A DNA stretch of 45,956 bases from an uncultured virus (IMG/VR IMGVR_UViG_3300043443_000309) (Duplodnaviria; Heunggongvirae; Uroviricota; Caudoviricetes): the IMG/VR virus record IMGVR_UViG_3300043443_000309, one strand, 5' to 3'. The translations under genes and the position numbers were made by a program. The notes beneath the pieces are model-generated. The model was given only the letters and a program-made list of their open reading frames with translations. It did no database searches and was not told the origin of the DNA. Shown here piece by piece: positions 10,329 to 20,081 of the stretch; within the stretch, counting starts at the first letter, position 1, and each line of letters starts with the position of its first letter.

Positions 10329-10369
10329 CGATCAGTTGACTTGCCTTCCTCGACCCCCTGCGTTATACT
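10325..10369 (+). promoter_or_regulatory. triple-TTG early promoter module
   Basis: TTGAC-N6-TTGAC-TTGCCT-N17-TATACT. Confidence 0.7.
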
Positions 10370-10391
10370 AAGAGAGTAAAAAGGGGTTCGA

Positions 10392-10436
10392 ATGATTATG
10401 CCGATCAACTATGGGTATGCGTGCATAAAATGCTAA
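10392..10436 (+). pseudogene. 5' stub of uvsE
   Basis: Reads MIMPINYGYACIKC*, matching INYGYPCINM of the intact uvsE downstream. Confidence 0.8.
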
Positions 10437-10468
10437 TATCCTACTATTTATAGATAGGAGTGTGTTTT

Positions 10469-11056
10469 ATGGAAACTAAAAAATGTAAAGACTGTGAGCA
10501 AGAAAAAGAGATAAGTGAATTCTATATCAGGAAAGATAGAAGAAATGCACACAGTTGTTATTGTAAGACTTGTCATCTTGCCCGCAACAATGCAGCAAGA
10601 GATAGAAATATAAACACTAAGAGAAGAACGAAGGACAACTGGCAACAGTGGGCTTCTAGAGAAGATAACAAAGCAAAACGTCGTGAATATGCTAAAGAAT
10701 ATTATGCTAAAAGATCAAAAAATGAACCATTTTATCGCTTGAAAACTAGACTTGGAAGTTGGATCTTAAGAGGCATAAAGAAACAAAACGGCTATAAAAC
10801 TAGTAGCATTTGGAAGTATCTTCCATATACAGCCGAAGACCTAAAAAAACACTTAGAAAGCCAGTTTGAAGACTGCATGAATTGGGATAATCACGGCAAC
10901 GGTGAGGGGTTTTGGAATGTGGATCATATTTATCCGCAATCACTTCTTCCATACGATAGTTTAGAACACCCAAACTTTGTAAAATGTTGGGCACTTGAAA
11001 ATCTTAGACCCCTACGCTGGAAAGATAACTTACTAAAAAGTAATAAAACAAACTAA
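10469..11056 (+). CDS. free-standing HNH endonuclease with N-terminal Zn finger
   Basis: CKDC..CKTC; WNVDHIYP..ENLRPL..DNLLKSNK; AT-rich. Confidence 0.85.
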   Translation: METKKCKDCEQEKEISEFYIRKDRRNAHSCYCKTCHLARNNAARDRNINTKRRTKDNWQQWASREDNKAKRREYAKEYYAKRSKNEPFYRLKTRLGSWILRGIKKQNGYKTSSIWKYLPYTAEDLKKHLESQFEDCMNWDNHGNGEGFWNVDHIYPQSLLPYDSLEHPNFVKCWALENLRPLRWKDNLLKSNKTN

Positions 11057-11070
11057 CAAATGGAGTGTTT

Positions 11071-12036
11071 GTGCAACTGAGAATCAACTACGGCTATCCG
11101 TGTATCAACATGCAACTCTCGCAGCCGGTTTTGTTTGGTGGCAAGCCAAAGAAGACTGAGCCTATCACAACTAACCGCACGATGATCAAGTCTACTTTTG
11201 AGCGTCGTGGTATCAAGTATGCTTCTGAACTTGCTCTACAAAACGTCAAGGATCTATACAAGATCCTTGTTTGGAACAAGCAGAACTTCATTTACTTCTA
11301 TCGGCTGTCTTCCGACATTTTCCCATGGGCGTCGGAGTACCAGTTTGAACAACTGCCCAATCACGATGAGATTGTTGATTGGATGACCAAGATCGGCCAG
11401 TATGCTAATGTAAATAACATTCGCTTGACCTCACATCCCGGTCCTTTCAACAAGCTAGCATCTTCCGACGAGCGTGTTATCCGTCAGACTGTTCGCGATT
11501 TGGAAATTCATGGGTGGGTTCAGGACAAGCTTTTGATGCCGCGTACTCCGTGGTCTAAGATCAACATTCACGTTGGTGCGACCTACGGCAATAAGGCGAA
11601 GGCTGCTGAATCATTCTGTCGTAACTTCGAATTGCTTTCTGATGCTGTAAAGACCCGTCTTACTGTCGAGAACGATGACAAGCCTTCTTTGTTCTCTACC
11701 GGCGACTTGCACGAAATGATCAGTAGCAAGATCAACATTCCGATTGTTTTCGACTACCATCATCACAGTTTGCACAATGGCGGACTTGATGAGAAGGAAG
11801 CATTGCAAATGGCTGCTTCCACTTGGGGCAGGATCAAGCCTGTCGTTCACTATTCTGAAAGTCGTTCGATTGAGCAGAACAACCCGAAGATCAAGCCCCA
11901 AGCACATTCCGATTATGTCAATACTTTGCCTAATAATCACGATGTGTTGTACGACTGCATGATCGAGGCAAAGATGAAAGAGCTAGCTTTGTTGCGTGCC
12001 GTCCGAGTTCACCGTGGCTTGACAACTGCTGCTTGA
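11071..12036 (+). CDS. uvsE: UV damage endonuclease UvsE
   Basis: GYPCIN, YRLSS, HPGPF, IHVG, LTVENDD, FDYHHH, HYSES, AHSD, MIEAKMKE. Confidence 0.95.
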   Translation: MQLRINYGYPCINMQLSQPVLFGGKPKKTEPITTNRTMIKSTFERRGIKYASELALQNVKDLYKILVWNKQNFIYFYRLSSDIFPWASEYQFEQLPNHDEIVDWMTKIGQYANVNNIRLTSHPGPFNKLASSDERVIRQTVRDLEIHGWVQDKLLMPRTPWSKINIHVGATYGNKAKAAESFCRNFELLSDAVKTRLTVENDDKPSLFSTGDLHEMISSKINIPIVFDYHHHSLHNGGLDEKEALQMAASTWGRIKPVVHYSESRSIEQNNPKIKPQAHSDYVNTLPNNHDVLYDCMIEAKMKELALLRAVRVHRGLTTAA

Positions 12037-12061
12037 CCACTCAACCCTACTAAGTTATACT
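12019..12061 (+). promoter_or_regulatory. early promoter
   Basis: TTGACA then TTGACC-N17-TATACT. Confidence 0.7.
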
Positions 12062-12082
12062 AACAATACAAAAGGAGATTCC

Positions 12083-12352
12083 ATGTTTGAAGAAATCAAT
12101 GAAGAGACTGACACCGACCTTTCCACCAAGAGCGAGAAGCTTGTTGAGTACATTCGCACTCTAAAGGCTATCGAAGATGCTATGGAACCTTATAAGGAGT
12201 CTAAGCGTGAATTGCGTTCTGACTTCGTGAAGAATGGCTTTCTTACTAAGGACGACATTTCCACGATTACCCGTGCGTACCGAATGTTGAAGAAGAATGA
12301 GAGCCTTGATGCACTTGTGGAGGCATACCAGACTTTGCGAGGTGCTAAGTGA
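12083..12352 (+). CDS. small helical protein, possibly T4 DsbA/GapR-like dsDNA-binding
   Basis: 89 aa coiled coil; AGGAG RBS; family call is tentative. Confidence 0.5.
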   Translation: MFEEINEETDTDLSTKSEKLVEYIRTLKAIEDAMEPYKESKRELRSDFVKNGFLTKDDISTITRAYRMLKKNESLDALVEAYQTLRGAK

Positions 12353-12807
12353 TGTTGGAGTATTACGCTCTTCGTCACGCCCGTTTTCATCCGACGAGGG
12401 CTAACCCTTCTGATGCTGGGATTGACTTGCCTTTCAATCCAGCAAACTTCGAAGCCATTACCATTCAGCCGGGAGAAACCAAGATCCTTGGCACCGGTAT
12501 GAAGTTCGGAGTTCCGCATGGTTACATGATGCAGATTATGAATCGTTCTTCTGTGGCAGCAAAGCGCCAGCTTATTGTTGGTGCTTGTGTGGTAGATGCC
12601 GGTTACAATGGTGAAGTATTTGTCAATCTTCACAACATTGGAAGCCAAGAACAAGTTATTGAACCGGGAGATAAAATTGCACAAGGTGTCTTCATTCCTG
12701 TCGTCAATGCGCGGCTCATTGAAGCTCTTGACGATGAGCTATACGATAGGAGCAGTATTGTTATTTCGAATCGTGGTGACGGCGCTCTCGGGAGTACGGG
12801 ACGATGA
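12349..12807 (+). CDS. dut: trimeric dUTPase
   Basis: AGIDL, RSS, VVDAGYNGE, IAQ, RGDGALGSTG. Confidence 0.95.
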   Translation: MMLEYYALRHARFHPTRANPSDAGIDLPFNPANFEAITIQPGETKILGTGMKFGVPHGYMMQIMNRSSVAAKRQLIVGACVVDAGYNGEVFVNLHNIGSQEQVIEPGDKIAQGVFIPVVNARLIEALDDELYDRSSIVISNRGDGALGSTGR

Positions 12808-13079
12808 CGTATGAAGTTGGGGATTTCGTTTCCGCTGATAATTATTGGGCAGTAGTCGTTGGAAAATACGAGAACTCTCCTGATTTTTATTGGGTAAGTT
12901 ATCTTAGTCGAGAAGACCTGAAAGGTGGAAAGAAACCTCAACTCTTGCCAAGCTTTCTGATTTCACCTTTGCCCGGTAAGTATGATCTTGAAAAACAATA
13001 CTTTCAAGGTTTGCTTGGTTGGGCAAGACGGAAACACCCCAACCTCAACATCAAGTTCATACAAAAGGATCCAGAATGA
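12804..13079 (+). CDS. hypothetical protein
   Basis: ATGA overlap. Confidence 0.6.
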   Translation: MTYEVGDFVSADNYWAVVVGKYENSPDFYWVSYLSREDLKGGKKPQLLPSFLISPLPGKYDLEKQYFQGLLGWARRKHPNLNIKFIQKDPE

Positions 13080-13411
13080 ATCGCGAACAACGCCGAGCTT
13101 TAGACAAAGCTCAAAAGAGCCAAAGCCCAGCAGAAAAGAAGATGGGCGAACAAATCATGATGTTTGGCAAACTACCTGACATGTGTTTGGTGTGTGAAGC
13201 ACTATACGACAAGAAGAGTAAGGAAATGGCAAATACTTGGTTCGTTGTCCAAGACAAGGGCAATGTTAGGCTTTATTGTCCCGAATGCTGGGAGAAGGCC
13301 CAAGGTGTCCTGCAAGAATACAAGAGATACTTGGAAAGCAAGTATACCCCGGAACAACAAACAGGAGATAGTCTAGATGTTCACGAACCTAAGACAGACA
13401 GTAACGTTTGA
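13076..13411 (+). CDS. hypothetical Zn-finger protein
   Basis: MNREQRR start; CLVC..CPEC. Confidence 0.65.
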   Translation: MNREQRRALDKAQKSQSPAEKKMGEQIMMFGKLPDMCLVCEALYDKKSKEMANTWFVVQDKGNVRLYCPECWEKAQGVLQEYKRYLESKYTPEQQTGDSLDVHEPKTDSNV

Positions 13412-14420
13412 TGATGTATTGCTCATCCCTCAGTATAGCGACATTGAGACTAGAGCAGACATTGACATTCGCACAAAGCTAAAAGACGTACTGATCAAGT
13501 CACCAATCGTTTCCGCACCAATGGATACTGTTATTGGTGCTGAGATGACAACAGCACTAATCAATAACGGAGTATTGCCTATTGTACATCGTTATAACAC
13601 ACCGATTGAGCAAACAGCAATTGTATGTCAGGCTAAGGCGAAATGCAAGGTCGAGCTTCCAACTATTGGTGCTGCAATCGGCACATCGCAAGATGATTTG
13701 ATTAGAGCAGATTTACTTGTCAAGTCTGGTGTTTCAGTGTTGTGTGTAGACGTAGCTCATGGACACCACATTGCTGTTGAAAGAATTATCAAGAGCCTTC
13801 GTGATCGGTTCGGTAATAAGGTCCACATTATGGCTGGTAACGTAGCAACAGCACAAGGCTTTTCAGCTTTGTCTAATTGGGGTGCTGATTCCATCAGAGT
13901 TGGCGTTGGTGGGGGTTCTATCTGTTCTACCCGCATTCAGACCGGTCATGGTATCCCAACGCTACAATCGGTATTTGACATCGTTAACGAGCAACAATCA
14001 CAAACTCCTGCTGCTATCATTGCAGACGGCGGAATTCGAACTTCCGGTGACATTGTAAAGGCTCTTGCTGCTGGTGCAGATGCGGTCATGGTTGGCTCGT
14101 TGCTCGCTGGTACTGATGAAGCTCCCGGTGAACTGAAGCACATTGACGGTGTTGCCTACAAGGCTTATCGTGGAATGGCTAGTAAAGAAGCACAGCTTGA
14201 TTGGCGCGGTCGTGTTTCATCTATTGAGGGTGTAGCTCACCGGGTTCGTGCGAAGGGACCAGTTAGCAACGTTCTAGATGAACTCAAAGTCGGCATTCGT
14301 AGTGGCTTCTCTTATAGCGGAGCTAGGAACATCGTTGAACTACAAACAAAGAGTAGGTTTGTTATTCAAACTTCAGCCGGTCAAACTGAAAGCTCTACTC
14401 ACGTTAGGAACTTAGCATGA
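13377..14420 (+). CDS. IMP dehydrogenase/GMP reductase family, no CBS domains
   Basis: TFDDVLLIP, SAPMDTV, DVAHG, GSICSTR, ADGG, YRGMAS. Confidence 0.93.
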   Translation: MFTNLRQTVTFDDVLLIPQYSDIETRADIDIRTKLKDVLIKSPIVSAPMDTVIGAEMTTALINNGVLPIVHRYNTPIEQTAIVCQAKAKCKVELPTIGAAIGTSQDDLIRADLLVKSGVSVLCVDVAHGHHIAVERIIKSLRDRFGNKVHIMAGNVATAQGFSALSNWGADSIRVGVGGGSICSTRIQTGHGIPTLQSVFDIVNEQQSQTPAAIIADGGIRTSGDIVKALAAGADAVMVGSLLAGTDEAPGELKHIDGVAYKAYRGMASKEAQLDWRGRVSSIEGVAHRVRAKGPVSNVLDELKVGIRSGFSYSGARNIVELQTKSRFVIQTSAGQTESSTHVRNLA

Positions 14421-14734
14421 GCAGCAACGGCAAAACGAGTAGAAAGATCGTTTTATACGAATCCGATAAGCGTTGCGCCGACCTAAAGATAGCCTTGGAT
14501 CGTGATGAAATACCGCAAGCTTTGTTTTTTCGGTATCTGATCCAAGGCTACATCAAAGGTGATAAAGACATTCTATCTTACATCGATAAGATAAAGCATA
14601 ATAAACTAGAAGTTCCGAAAACTTGGGTAAGAGCATCCAGAATGAAAAGGAACTTGGCTGAAAATCAAATGCGTGATCTTGGCCTGAGCGATGAAGAACT
14701 ACAATCAATCTTTGATCTAATCGAAGAGAATTGA
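14417..14734 (+). CDS. hypothetical protein
   Basis: ATGA overlap. Confidence 0.65.
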   Translation: MSSNGKTSRKIVLYESDKRCADLKIALDRDEIPQALFFRYLIQGYIKGDKDILSYIDKIKHNKLEVPKTWVRASRMKRNLAENQMRDLGLSDEELQSIFDLIEEN

Positions 14735-14754
14735 GATTTTTGATTTATTGCTGT

Positions 14755-14803
14755 ACTATTTATAGATGTGACAACAGCACTTTCGTAAAGAAAGTACTAT
14801 TTA
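14755..14803 (+). promoter_or_regulatory. two copies of the putative late promoter ACTATTTA
   Basis: Copies at 14755 and 14796 upstream of GGAGG/ATG of 14830; motif recurs before many genes. Confidence 0.6.
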
Positions 14804-14829
14804 TTTAGAGAATCGGAGGAAGATTACTT

Positions 14830-15384
14830 ATGAGCAAGAAACAATTGTTGACTGAAGGCGAAATCCGCCGTTTTATGAAGTTCGCAAAACTAGAGCCATT
14901 GGCTGAAAGCTTCATTTCTGAGGCTGGCTATGATGGTCCTATGGATGAGGGCTATCTTGATGAAGAAGAAGACGCTGAAATGCCCGAAGACGACATGGGT
15001 GACATGGATGACATGGGCGACGAAGCAGAGCTTGAAATGGATGACGAAGAAGCTCCCGCACCTGCCGGTGATGCCGAAGCCGTCGTTGCTGATGCACTCG
15101 CAAAGCTCGCTGCCGAGTTGAAAGACAAGCTTGGTGTTGACATTTCTGTTGACGCTAGTGCTGGCGAAGGCGAGGAAATGGAAGACATGGGCGATGAAGG
15201 CGAAGAGATGGAAATGGATGTTGAAGAACCTCCTGCCGACGAAGCCGGTGGCGAAGAGATGGTAGCCGAGGTTACCCGCCGCGTTATGGCTCGTATTACC
15301 GAATCACGCCGTCGCGAACAACGCGCTAATGCAATCGATGAAGTCACAAATCGTATCATGAAGCGCATCCTCAGAAGTAAGTGA
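14830..15384 (+). CDS. highly acidic late protein, possible head scaffold/internal protein
   Basis: D/E/M-rich core, basic amphipathic termini; function inferred. Confidence 0.6.
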   Translation: MSKKQLLTEGEIRRFMKFAKLEPLAESFISEAGYDGPMDEGYLDEEEDAEMPEDDMGDMDDMGDEAELEMDDEEAPAPAGDAEAVVADALAKLAAELKDKLGVDISVDASAGEGEEMEDMGDEGEEMEMDVEEPPADEAGGEEMVAEVTRRVMARITESRRREQRANAIDEVTNRIMKRILRSK

Positions 15385-15394
15385 TAAAATCCTC

Positions 15395-15441
15395 TTGACT
15401 CTCGACCGCTGTGTGTTATAATAAACACACAGCGGTTTTTT
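15395..15441 (+). terminator. intrinsic terminator overlapping an early promoter
   Basis: 13-bp stem ACCGCTGTGTGTT/AACACACAGCGGT plus T-run; TTGACT-N16-TATAAT with -10 in the loop. Confidence 0.75.
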
Positions 15442-15453
15442 ATTGGAGTTCAC

Positions 15454-15840
15454 TTGCATACGTTGTCTGTTTTGTTTGGGATGATGCTTGGGTACCTAGT
15501 GTATCATGGCCTAAGCTTCTTTCTAAACATTGGTGATGCTTCGAAATGGTTCAAGCGTAACGAAGCTGCCATTTTGAAGATTCTCATCGTTTGTGTTGAA
15601 TCTGCCTCGTTCATTCAGGCGGCAAAGCTAAAACAGATGAAGCTCATTGGATTCGATGAAGCAACTATCAAGCTTACTGCTACTATTGATAAGCAGAACT
15701 TTGATACTTGGAAATCGACTGTAACCGATACACTAAATCAATACTATAAGGAAAGCGGGAGAAAACCACACTATGACTTTAGCAAACTACTTGCACATGC
15801 AGAAGAAATCTGGAGGAAGCATGAAAAAGAAAATCAATGA
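15454..15840 (+). CDS. hypothetical membrane-anchored protein
   Basis: Hydrophobic N-terminus; GGAG RBS. Confidence 0.6.
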   Translation: MHTLSVLFGMMLGYLVYHGLSFFLNIGDASKWFKRNEAAILKILIVCVESASFIQAAKLKQMKLIGFDEATIKLTATIDKQNFDTWKSTVTDTLNQYYKESGRKPHYDFSKLLAHAEEIWRKHEKENQ

Positions 15841-16525
15841 GGAAGAAGGTCAACCAATGTCAGAGGACGACCTACAAGAGTTGTTGGTTACGGCCAATGA
15901 ATCTGCGTTGCTGAAGGAAACGCTCAAAGAACTTGGTAACATCTTCTTTATGGGCGAAGTCAATGAAGAGACAGCAAATGGTCTGATCTCCAGCATGATT
16001 ACTTTCAAAGAACTAACAGAGAAGATGAAAGAGGCTGTTGAAGAGACTGCCGAAGAAACAGCAGAAGCCGAAGAGGGAGCCGAAGAAGAGAAGGCAGAAC
16101 CTGAAGAGCCAAACCCAATCAAGGTATACATTTCTACACAAGGCGGCAACGCTGACGACATGTTTGCCATTTATGATGTTATGGAAATGGTCAAGAGGTC
16201 AGTGCCAATTCAAACTATCGGGCTGGGCAAGGTAATGTCAGCCGGTGTTCTTCTTCTAGCAGCAGGCACCAAAGGAAAGCGTAAGATTGGTCGTCACGCA
16301 AGGGTCATGATCCATAACGTCATTACCGGCCACTCAGGCGGTCTTTTCCATGTTGCAAACGAACTTGGCGAAGCAGAACACATTCAACAGATGTACATTA
16401 GTGCTATTGCAGAGAATTCTAACCTAACTGTCAAACAGCTTAGGAAGATGGTCAAGACAGGACAGAATGTGTATCTTTCAGCGCAAGAAGCCATCAAGTA
16501 TGGCATTGCAGATGAACTAATCTAA
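15821..16525 (+). CDS. clpP: ClpP-like protease
   Basis: YISTQGG, GKVMSAG, MIH, YLSAQEAIKYGIAD; acidic insertion. Confidence 0.9.
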   Translation: MKKKINEEEGQPMSEDDLQELLVTANESALLKETLKELGNIFFMGEVNEETANGLISSMITFKELTEKMKEAVEETAEETAEAEEGAEEEKAEPEEPNPIKVYISTQGGNADDMFAIYDVMEMVKRSVPIQTIGLGKVMSAGVLLLAAGTKGKRKIGRHARVMIHNVITGHSGGLFHVANELGEAEHIQQMYISAIAENSNLTVKQLRKMVKTGQNVYLSAQEAIKYGIADELI

Positions 16526-16551
16526 TACTACTTATAACGTGAGGGTTTTAC

Positions 16552-18162
16552 ATGTTTGATTGGAATAATACTGTTGATAAACGATTTGCCAAGAAGCAAA
16601 GCAAGGAAGTAACACTAGATACACTTTTTGAAAGTGCATTCTCGCAACTAAAGTCCAAGCTTCTCCTTGAAAAGAGGTACCTACTAAACGAAGAGCAAGC
16701 ATTGAAATTCTCAGCTATTCCTGAGATTTCAGTATCTGAGTTGGGCTGGTCCGCTGTCGAGACTAAGGAAACTGGTGAAGTTGTTTCTTCTGAACAAAGA
16801 ACACAGCTTGAACAGTATCTACGAAACATTGGTGGTAATTCTTTCGAAGAGAAGATCAAGAGATTGTCTGATTTCTACAACATGTCACCGGAAGCAGTGG
16901 AAGATTCACCATTCTTACAATCTGAATCTAATTCGTCCAAGATCCAGAAAGTTATTTCTTATCTTGTCTTCTATAAAACCCTCACGACTATTGTTACCAA
17001 CTTCAACGCTGCTTCCGCTGGCTTCTCCTTTGAATCCTTCTTGGCAGTTTTGCTAGGTGGTAAGCAAGTTCCAACTGCTTCCGGTACAATTGCCGACTTT
17101 TACGATTCGGAAGGTACTCCACTTAGTTTGAAGCTTTATGCTGAATCGACCGTCGAAGTCGGCGGTTCATTCAAAGACTTGGTTGGCGATTTGGTCAATC
17201 CAAAGCCCGGTGTGAAACTCAAAGAAGGTGGAATACCTTTCGTTCGTTACCTCGTATGTACAAAGAGCTTGCAAGGCAAAGGTCTACAAGCTGAAGGTAA
17301 GATTTCTATTTACCAATTCGACTTTGATCTAAACAACGTATTCGATTTCATGGCTAGGTCTTCTAACCATAACAGAAAGCTAGTTCAGATTCCACTAGCA
17401 CTTATGAAGAACCCAGATTCTGAGGCTTTCGAAGGAGAAGCTGAAGCAGGAGAGGAGGTAACTGATAAAGTTGCCGCCGGTATCCCACAAGCAATGTCAG
17501 ACCTTGCCAGTGAAATGCCAGAGCAATTCAAACAACAGCTTCAACAAGTTCCTGCTGATCAACTCGCTCAGTACTTCCAAACCATTTTCGGCCAATCAGA
17601 ATACGGAAAGCCAAACAGAGAAGTAAAGAAGCTCAAGAAAACTCCTCTTACACAATTGGCTAGTCAACTTCTCGGAGAAGAAGTAGAAGTAACTCCAGAA
17701 ATGCTAGTTGAACTGGGAGAATTCTTGGTAAAGGTTCACAATTACGCTGTTGAAGAATCAAAGGCTCAAAAGGGCTATGCTTCTACAGCCGCTAGCGTCA
17801 AGTTCTATGAACAAGCAGATGTAGAACTAAAGAAGAAGATCCTGCTAAATTGCTATGGTTTTACTTCAACTTCTCAATTCGGAATGCGTATGACCGGTGT
17901 ACAAACTCTAACAGGCGGAAAAGAGCCTAATGTTGGCGTAATCGTCATTGGTCGTAAGAACATTGAAGAAACATTGAATAAGTGCGTAGCAATGCTCAAT
18001 ACTTCTATCTTCGACATCTTTGAGAACCTAAAGGAACTTACTTCCAACATCAACGGTTATGTAGCCTCCGGTCTAACTGAGACCGAGAAAGCAGAACAAG
18101 CCCAAGAAGCCGCTAAGAACATCGACAAGAAAACTGAAGAAATAAAATCAGAGACCACTTGA
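16552..18162 (+). CDS. hypothetical late protein (536 aa)
   Basis: Preceded by ACTACTTA; AGFSFESFLA..IADF..SLKL weakly resembles a PD-(D/E)xK fold. Confidence 0.7.
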   Translation: MFDWNNTVDKRFAKKQSKEVTLDTLFESAFSQLKSKLLLEKRYLLNEEQALKFSAIPEISVSELGWSAVETKETGEVVSSEQRTQLEQYLRNIGGNSFEEKIKRLSDFYNMSPEAVEDSPFLQSESNSSKIQKVISYLVFYKTLTTIVTNFNAASAGFSFESFLAVLLGGKQVPTASGTIADFYDSEGTPLSLKLYAESTVEVGGSFKDLVGDLVNPKPGVKLKEGGIPFVRYLVCTKSLQGKGLQAEGKISIYQFDFDLNNVFDFMARSSNHNRKLVQIPLALMKNPDSEAFEGEAEAGEEVTDKVAAGIPQAMSDLASEMPEQFKQQLQQVPADQLAQYFQTIFGQSEYGKPNREVKKLKKTPLTQLASQLLGEEVEVTPEMLVELGEFLVKVHNYAVEESKAQKGYASTAASVKFYEQADVELKKKILLNCYGFTSTSQFGMRMTGVQTLTGGKEPNVGVIVIGRKNIEETLNKCVAMLNTSIFDIFENLKELTSNINGYVASGLTETEKAEQAQEAAKNIDKKTEEIKSETT

Positions 18163-18187
18163 CGCCCTTACAGAAGTTGGTTACATT
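18159..18187 (+). promoter_or_regulatory. early promoter upstream of groEL
   Basis: TTGACG-N17-TACATT. Confidence 0.65.
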
Positions 18188-18204
18188 ATAACCAACAAGG
18201 GTGA

Positions 18205-19782
18205 ATGATGACTAAGCATTACAGTTCCAATTTCCAACTACAGCAGAAGATACTATCGGGCGTTGATTTACTAGCAGACTATGTTTCTTCAACGCTCGGT
18301 CCCCGTGGCCGAAATGTTATTCTAAAGAACGCAGAAGGCAATCCGATTATCACCAAAGATGGTGTGTCGGTTGCTGAGTTCATTTCGCTGGAAGATCCAT
18401 TTGAAGATGCGGCTGTGCAGATTATCAAGCAAGCTAGCCGTAAGACGAACTCCGAAGCAGGTGACGGTACAACAACTGCTACCGTACTGTCGCGTGCCAT
18501 TCTAACAGAAGCTTTCCGGCACATTACCGCTGGTGCTTCTCCTGTCGAAGTGAAACGTGGTATCGACCATGCCGTCGAACTAATCGTTGCACGACTGAGA
18601 GAGGTTGCAAGCCCTATCCGTTCTGAAAAGGACGTAACTCACATTGCTACCATTTCGGCTAACAATGATGATGTTATTGGACGTTTGGTTGCAAAGGCTA
18701 TCACTTCTGCCGGTAAGGACGGATCTCTAATTGTTGAAGAAGCACGTTCAACAGAAACGACACTTGACCTTATCGAAGGGTTCAGATTCGATTCGGGTTA
18801 CGCAGCGGGAGCATTTGTCAACGACGAACGTAGGAATGCAGTTGTATACGAAGATTGTTTCGTCCTCGTAGTCGATGATAAGATAGATAAGGTCCAAGAC
18901 CTCCTCCCAGTTCTAGAGCCAGTTGCTCGCGAAGGACGCCCACTTGTTGTGGTTGCCTCAGAGATTGAAGGACAAGCATTGGCCGCTCTTATCATGAATG
19001 CTATGAGAGGCACAATGAAGGTAGCGGCTGTCAAAGCCCCAAGGTATGGACAGGAACGTCGCGACATTCTACAGGACTTGTGCATCGCATCCGGCGCTAA
19101 GTTTTTTTCCAAAGCATCGAACACCGCGCTATCGACATTTCAGTTGGTTGATCTTGGACAATGCAAGAAGGTTGAAATCCTCAAGAACGGCACCACGATT
19201 ATTGGCGCAAAGGGTGATTGGAACCAAGTCGAAGCTCGCATTGAAAGCCTCAAAGCAGAGTTGGAGCAAACAGACAACATTCACGAAGGCGAACAAATCC
19301 AAGAGCGAATTGTGCGCTTGGCTTCCGGTGTTGCTGTTATCAAGGTTGGAGCAGCTACCGAAGTTGAAATGATCGAGAAGAAGCATCGTATTGAAGATGC
19401 CGTTGAAGCCGTGAAGGCCGCAAGAATGGAAGGTATTGTTCCCGGCGGCGGCACGGCACTTCTAAAGATTGTGTCAAGCCTACCAGCCCCCTCTCTTGAC
19501 GGCGATAAGCTATTGGGTTATAATTCTGTTGTAAAGGCGTGCTACGCTCCGATTAGACAAATGGCAAGCAATTCCGGTCTATCTTCCGACATTATTATCG
19601 AGCGTGTTTCTAACACAACCGAAGTAAACCAAGGTTGGAACTTTGTTTCAAACGAGATAGAAGACTTGGTTGTTGCAGGGGTTGTTGATCCTGCCAAGGT
19701 TACACGTTGTGCTTTGCAGAATGCTGCTTCTGCTGCCGGTACTCTAATCACCAGCGGTCATGCCGTTGTGGAGAGGACATGA
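18205..19782 (+). CDS. groEL: chaperonin GroEL
   Basis: TLGPRGRNV, ITKDGVSVA, AGDGTTTATV, GIVPGGG, VVDPAKV; no GGM tail. Confidence 0.97.
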   Translation: MMTKHYSSNFQLQQKILSGVDLLADYVSSTLGPRGRNVILKNAEGNPIITKDGVSVAEFISLEDPFEDAAVQIIKQASRKTNSEAGDGTTTATVLSRAILTEAFRHITAGASPVEVKRGIDHAVELIVARLREVASPIRSEKDVTHIATISANNDDVIGRLVAKAITSAGKDGSLIVEEARSTETTLDLIEGFRFDSGYAAGAFVNDERRNAVVYEDCFVLVVDDKIDKVQDLLPVLEPVAREGRPLVVVASEIEGQALAALIMNAMRGTMKVAAVKAPRYGQERRDILQDLCIASGAKFFSKASNTALSTFQLVDLGQCKKVEILKNGTTIIGAKGDWNQVEARIESLKAELEQTDNIHEGEQIQERIVRLASGVAVIKVGAATEVEMIEKKHRIEDAVEAVKAARMEGIVPGGGTALLKIVSSLPAPSLDGDKLLGYNSVVKACYAPIRQMASNSGLSSDIIIERVSNTTEVNQGWNFVSNEIEDLVVAGVVDPAKVTRCALQNAASAAGTLITSGHAVVERT

Positions 19783-20081
19783 AATTCAAGATACAATACA
19801 CAACCAGTGAAGCAAATCTTCCAAAAGAGATAGAGGGTTTGTTCAAGCGCAAGAAAGATAAGTTTGAGAATGCTTTGTCGTTCAGTTCGATTGCGTTTCT
19901 AAAGTCGATTGAACTAGAAGATTATCCTACAGCACTACAATACCTTAGCAATCTAAGAAAGAACTTGTATGATTTGGACGTACTCATGGATGATCTTGAT
20001 TCAATCTTGACAGGATACATTGAATACGAACAATCCAAGAACCAACAGACAGAGCAGCAAGAAGTCGTAGAAGAACAATGA
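19779..20081 (+). CDS. hypothetical protein
   Basis: ATGA overlap, GAGG RBS. Confidence 0.6.
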   Translation: MKFKIQYTTSEANLPKEIEGLFKRKKDKFENALSFSSIAFLKSIELEDYPTALQYLSNLRKNLYDLDVLMDDLDSILTGYIEYEQSKNQQTEQQEVVEEQ

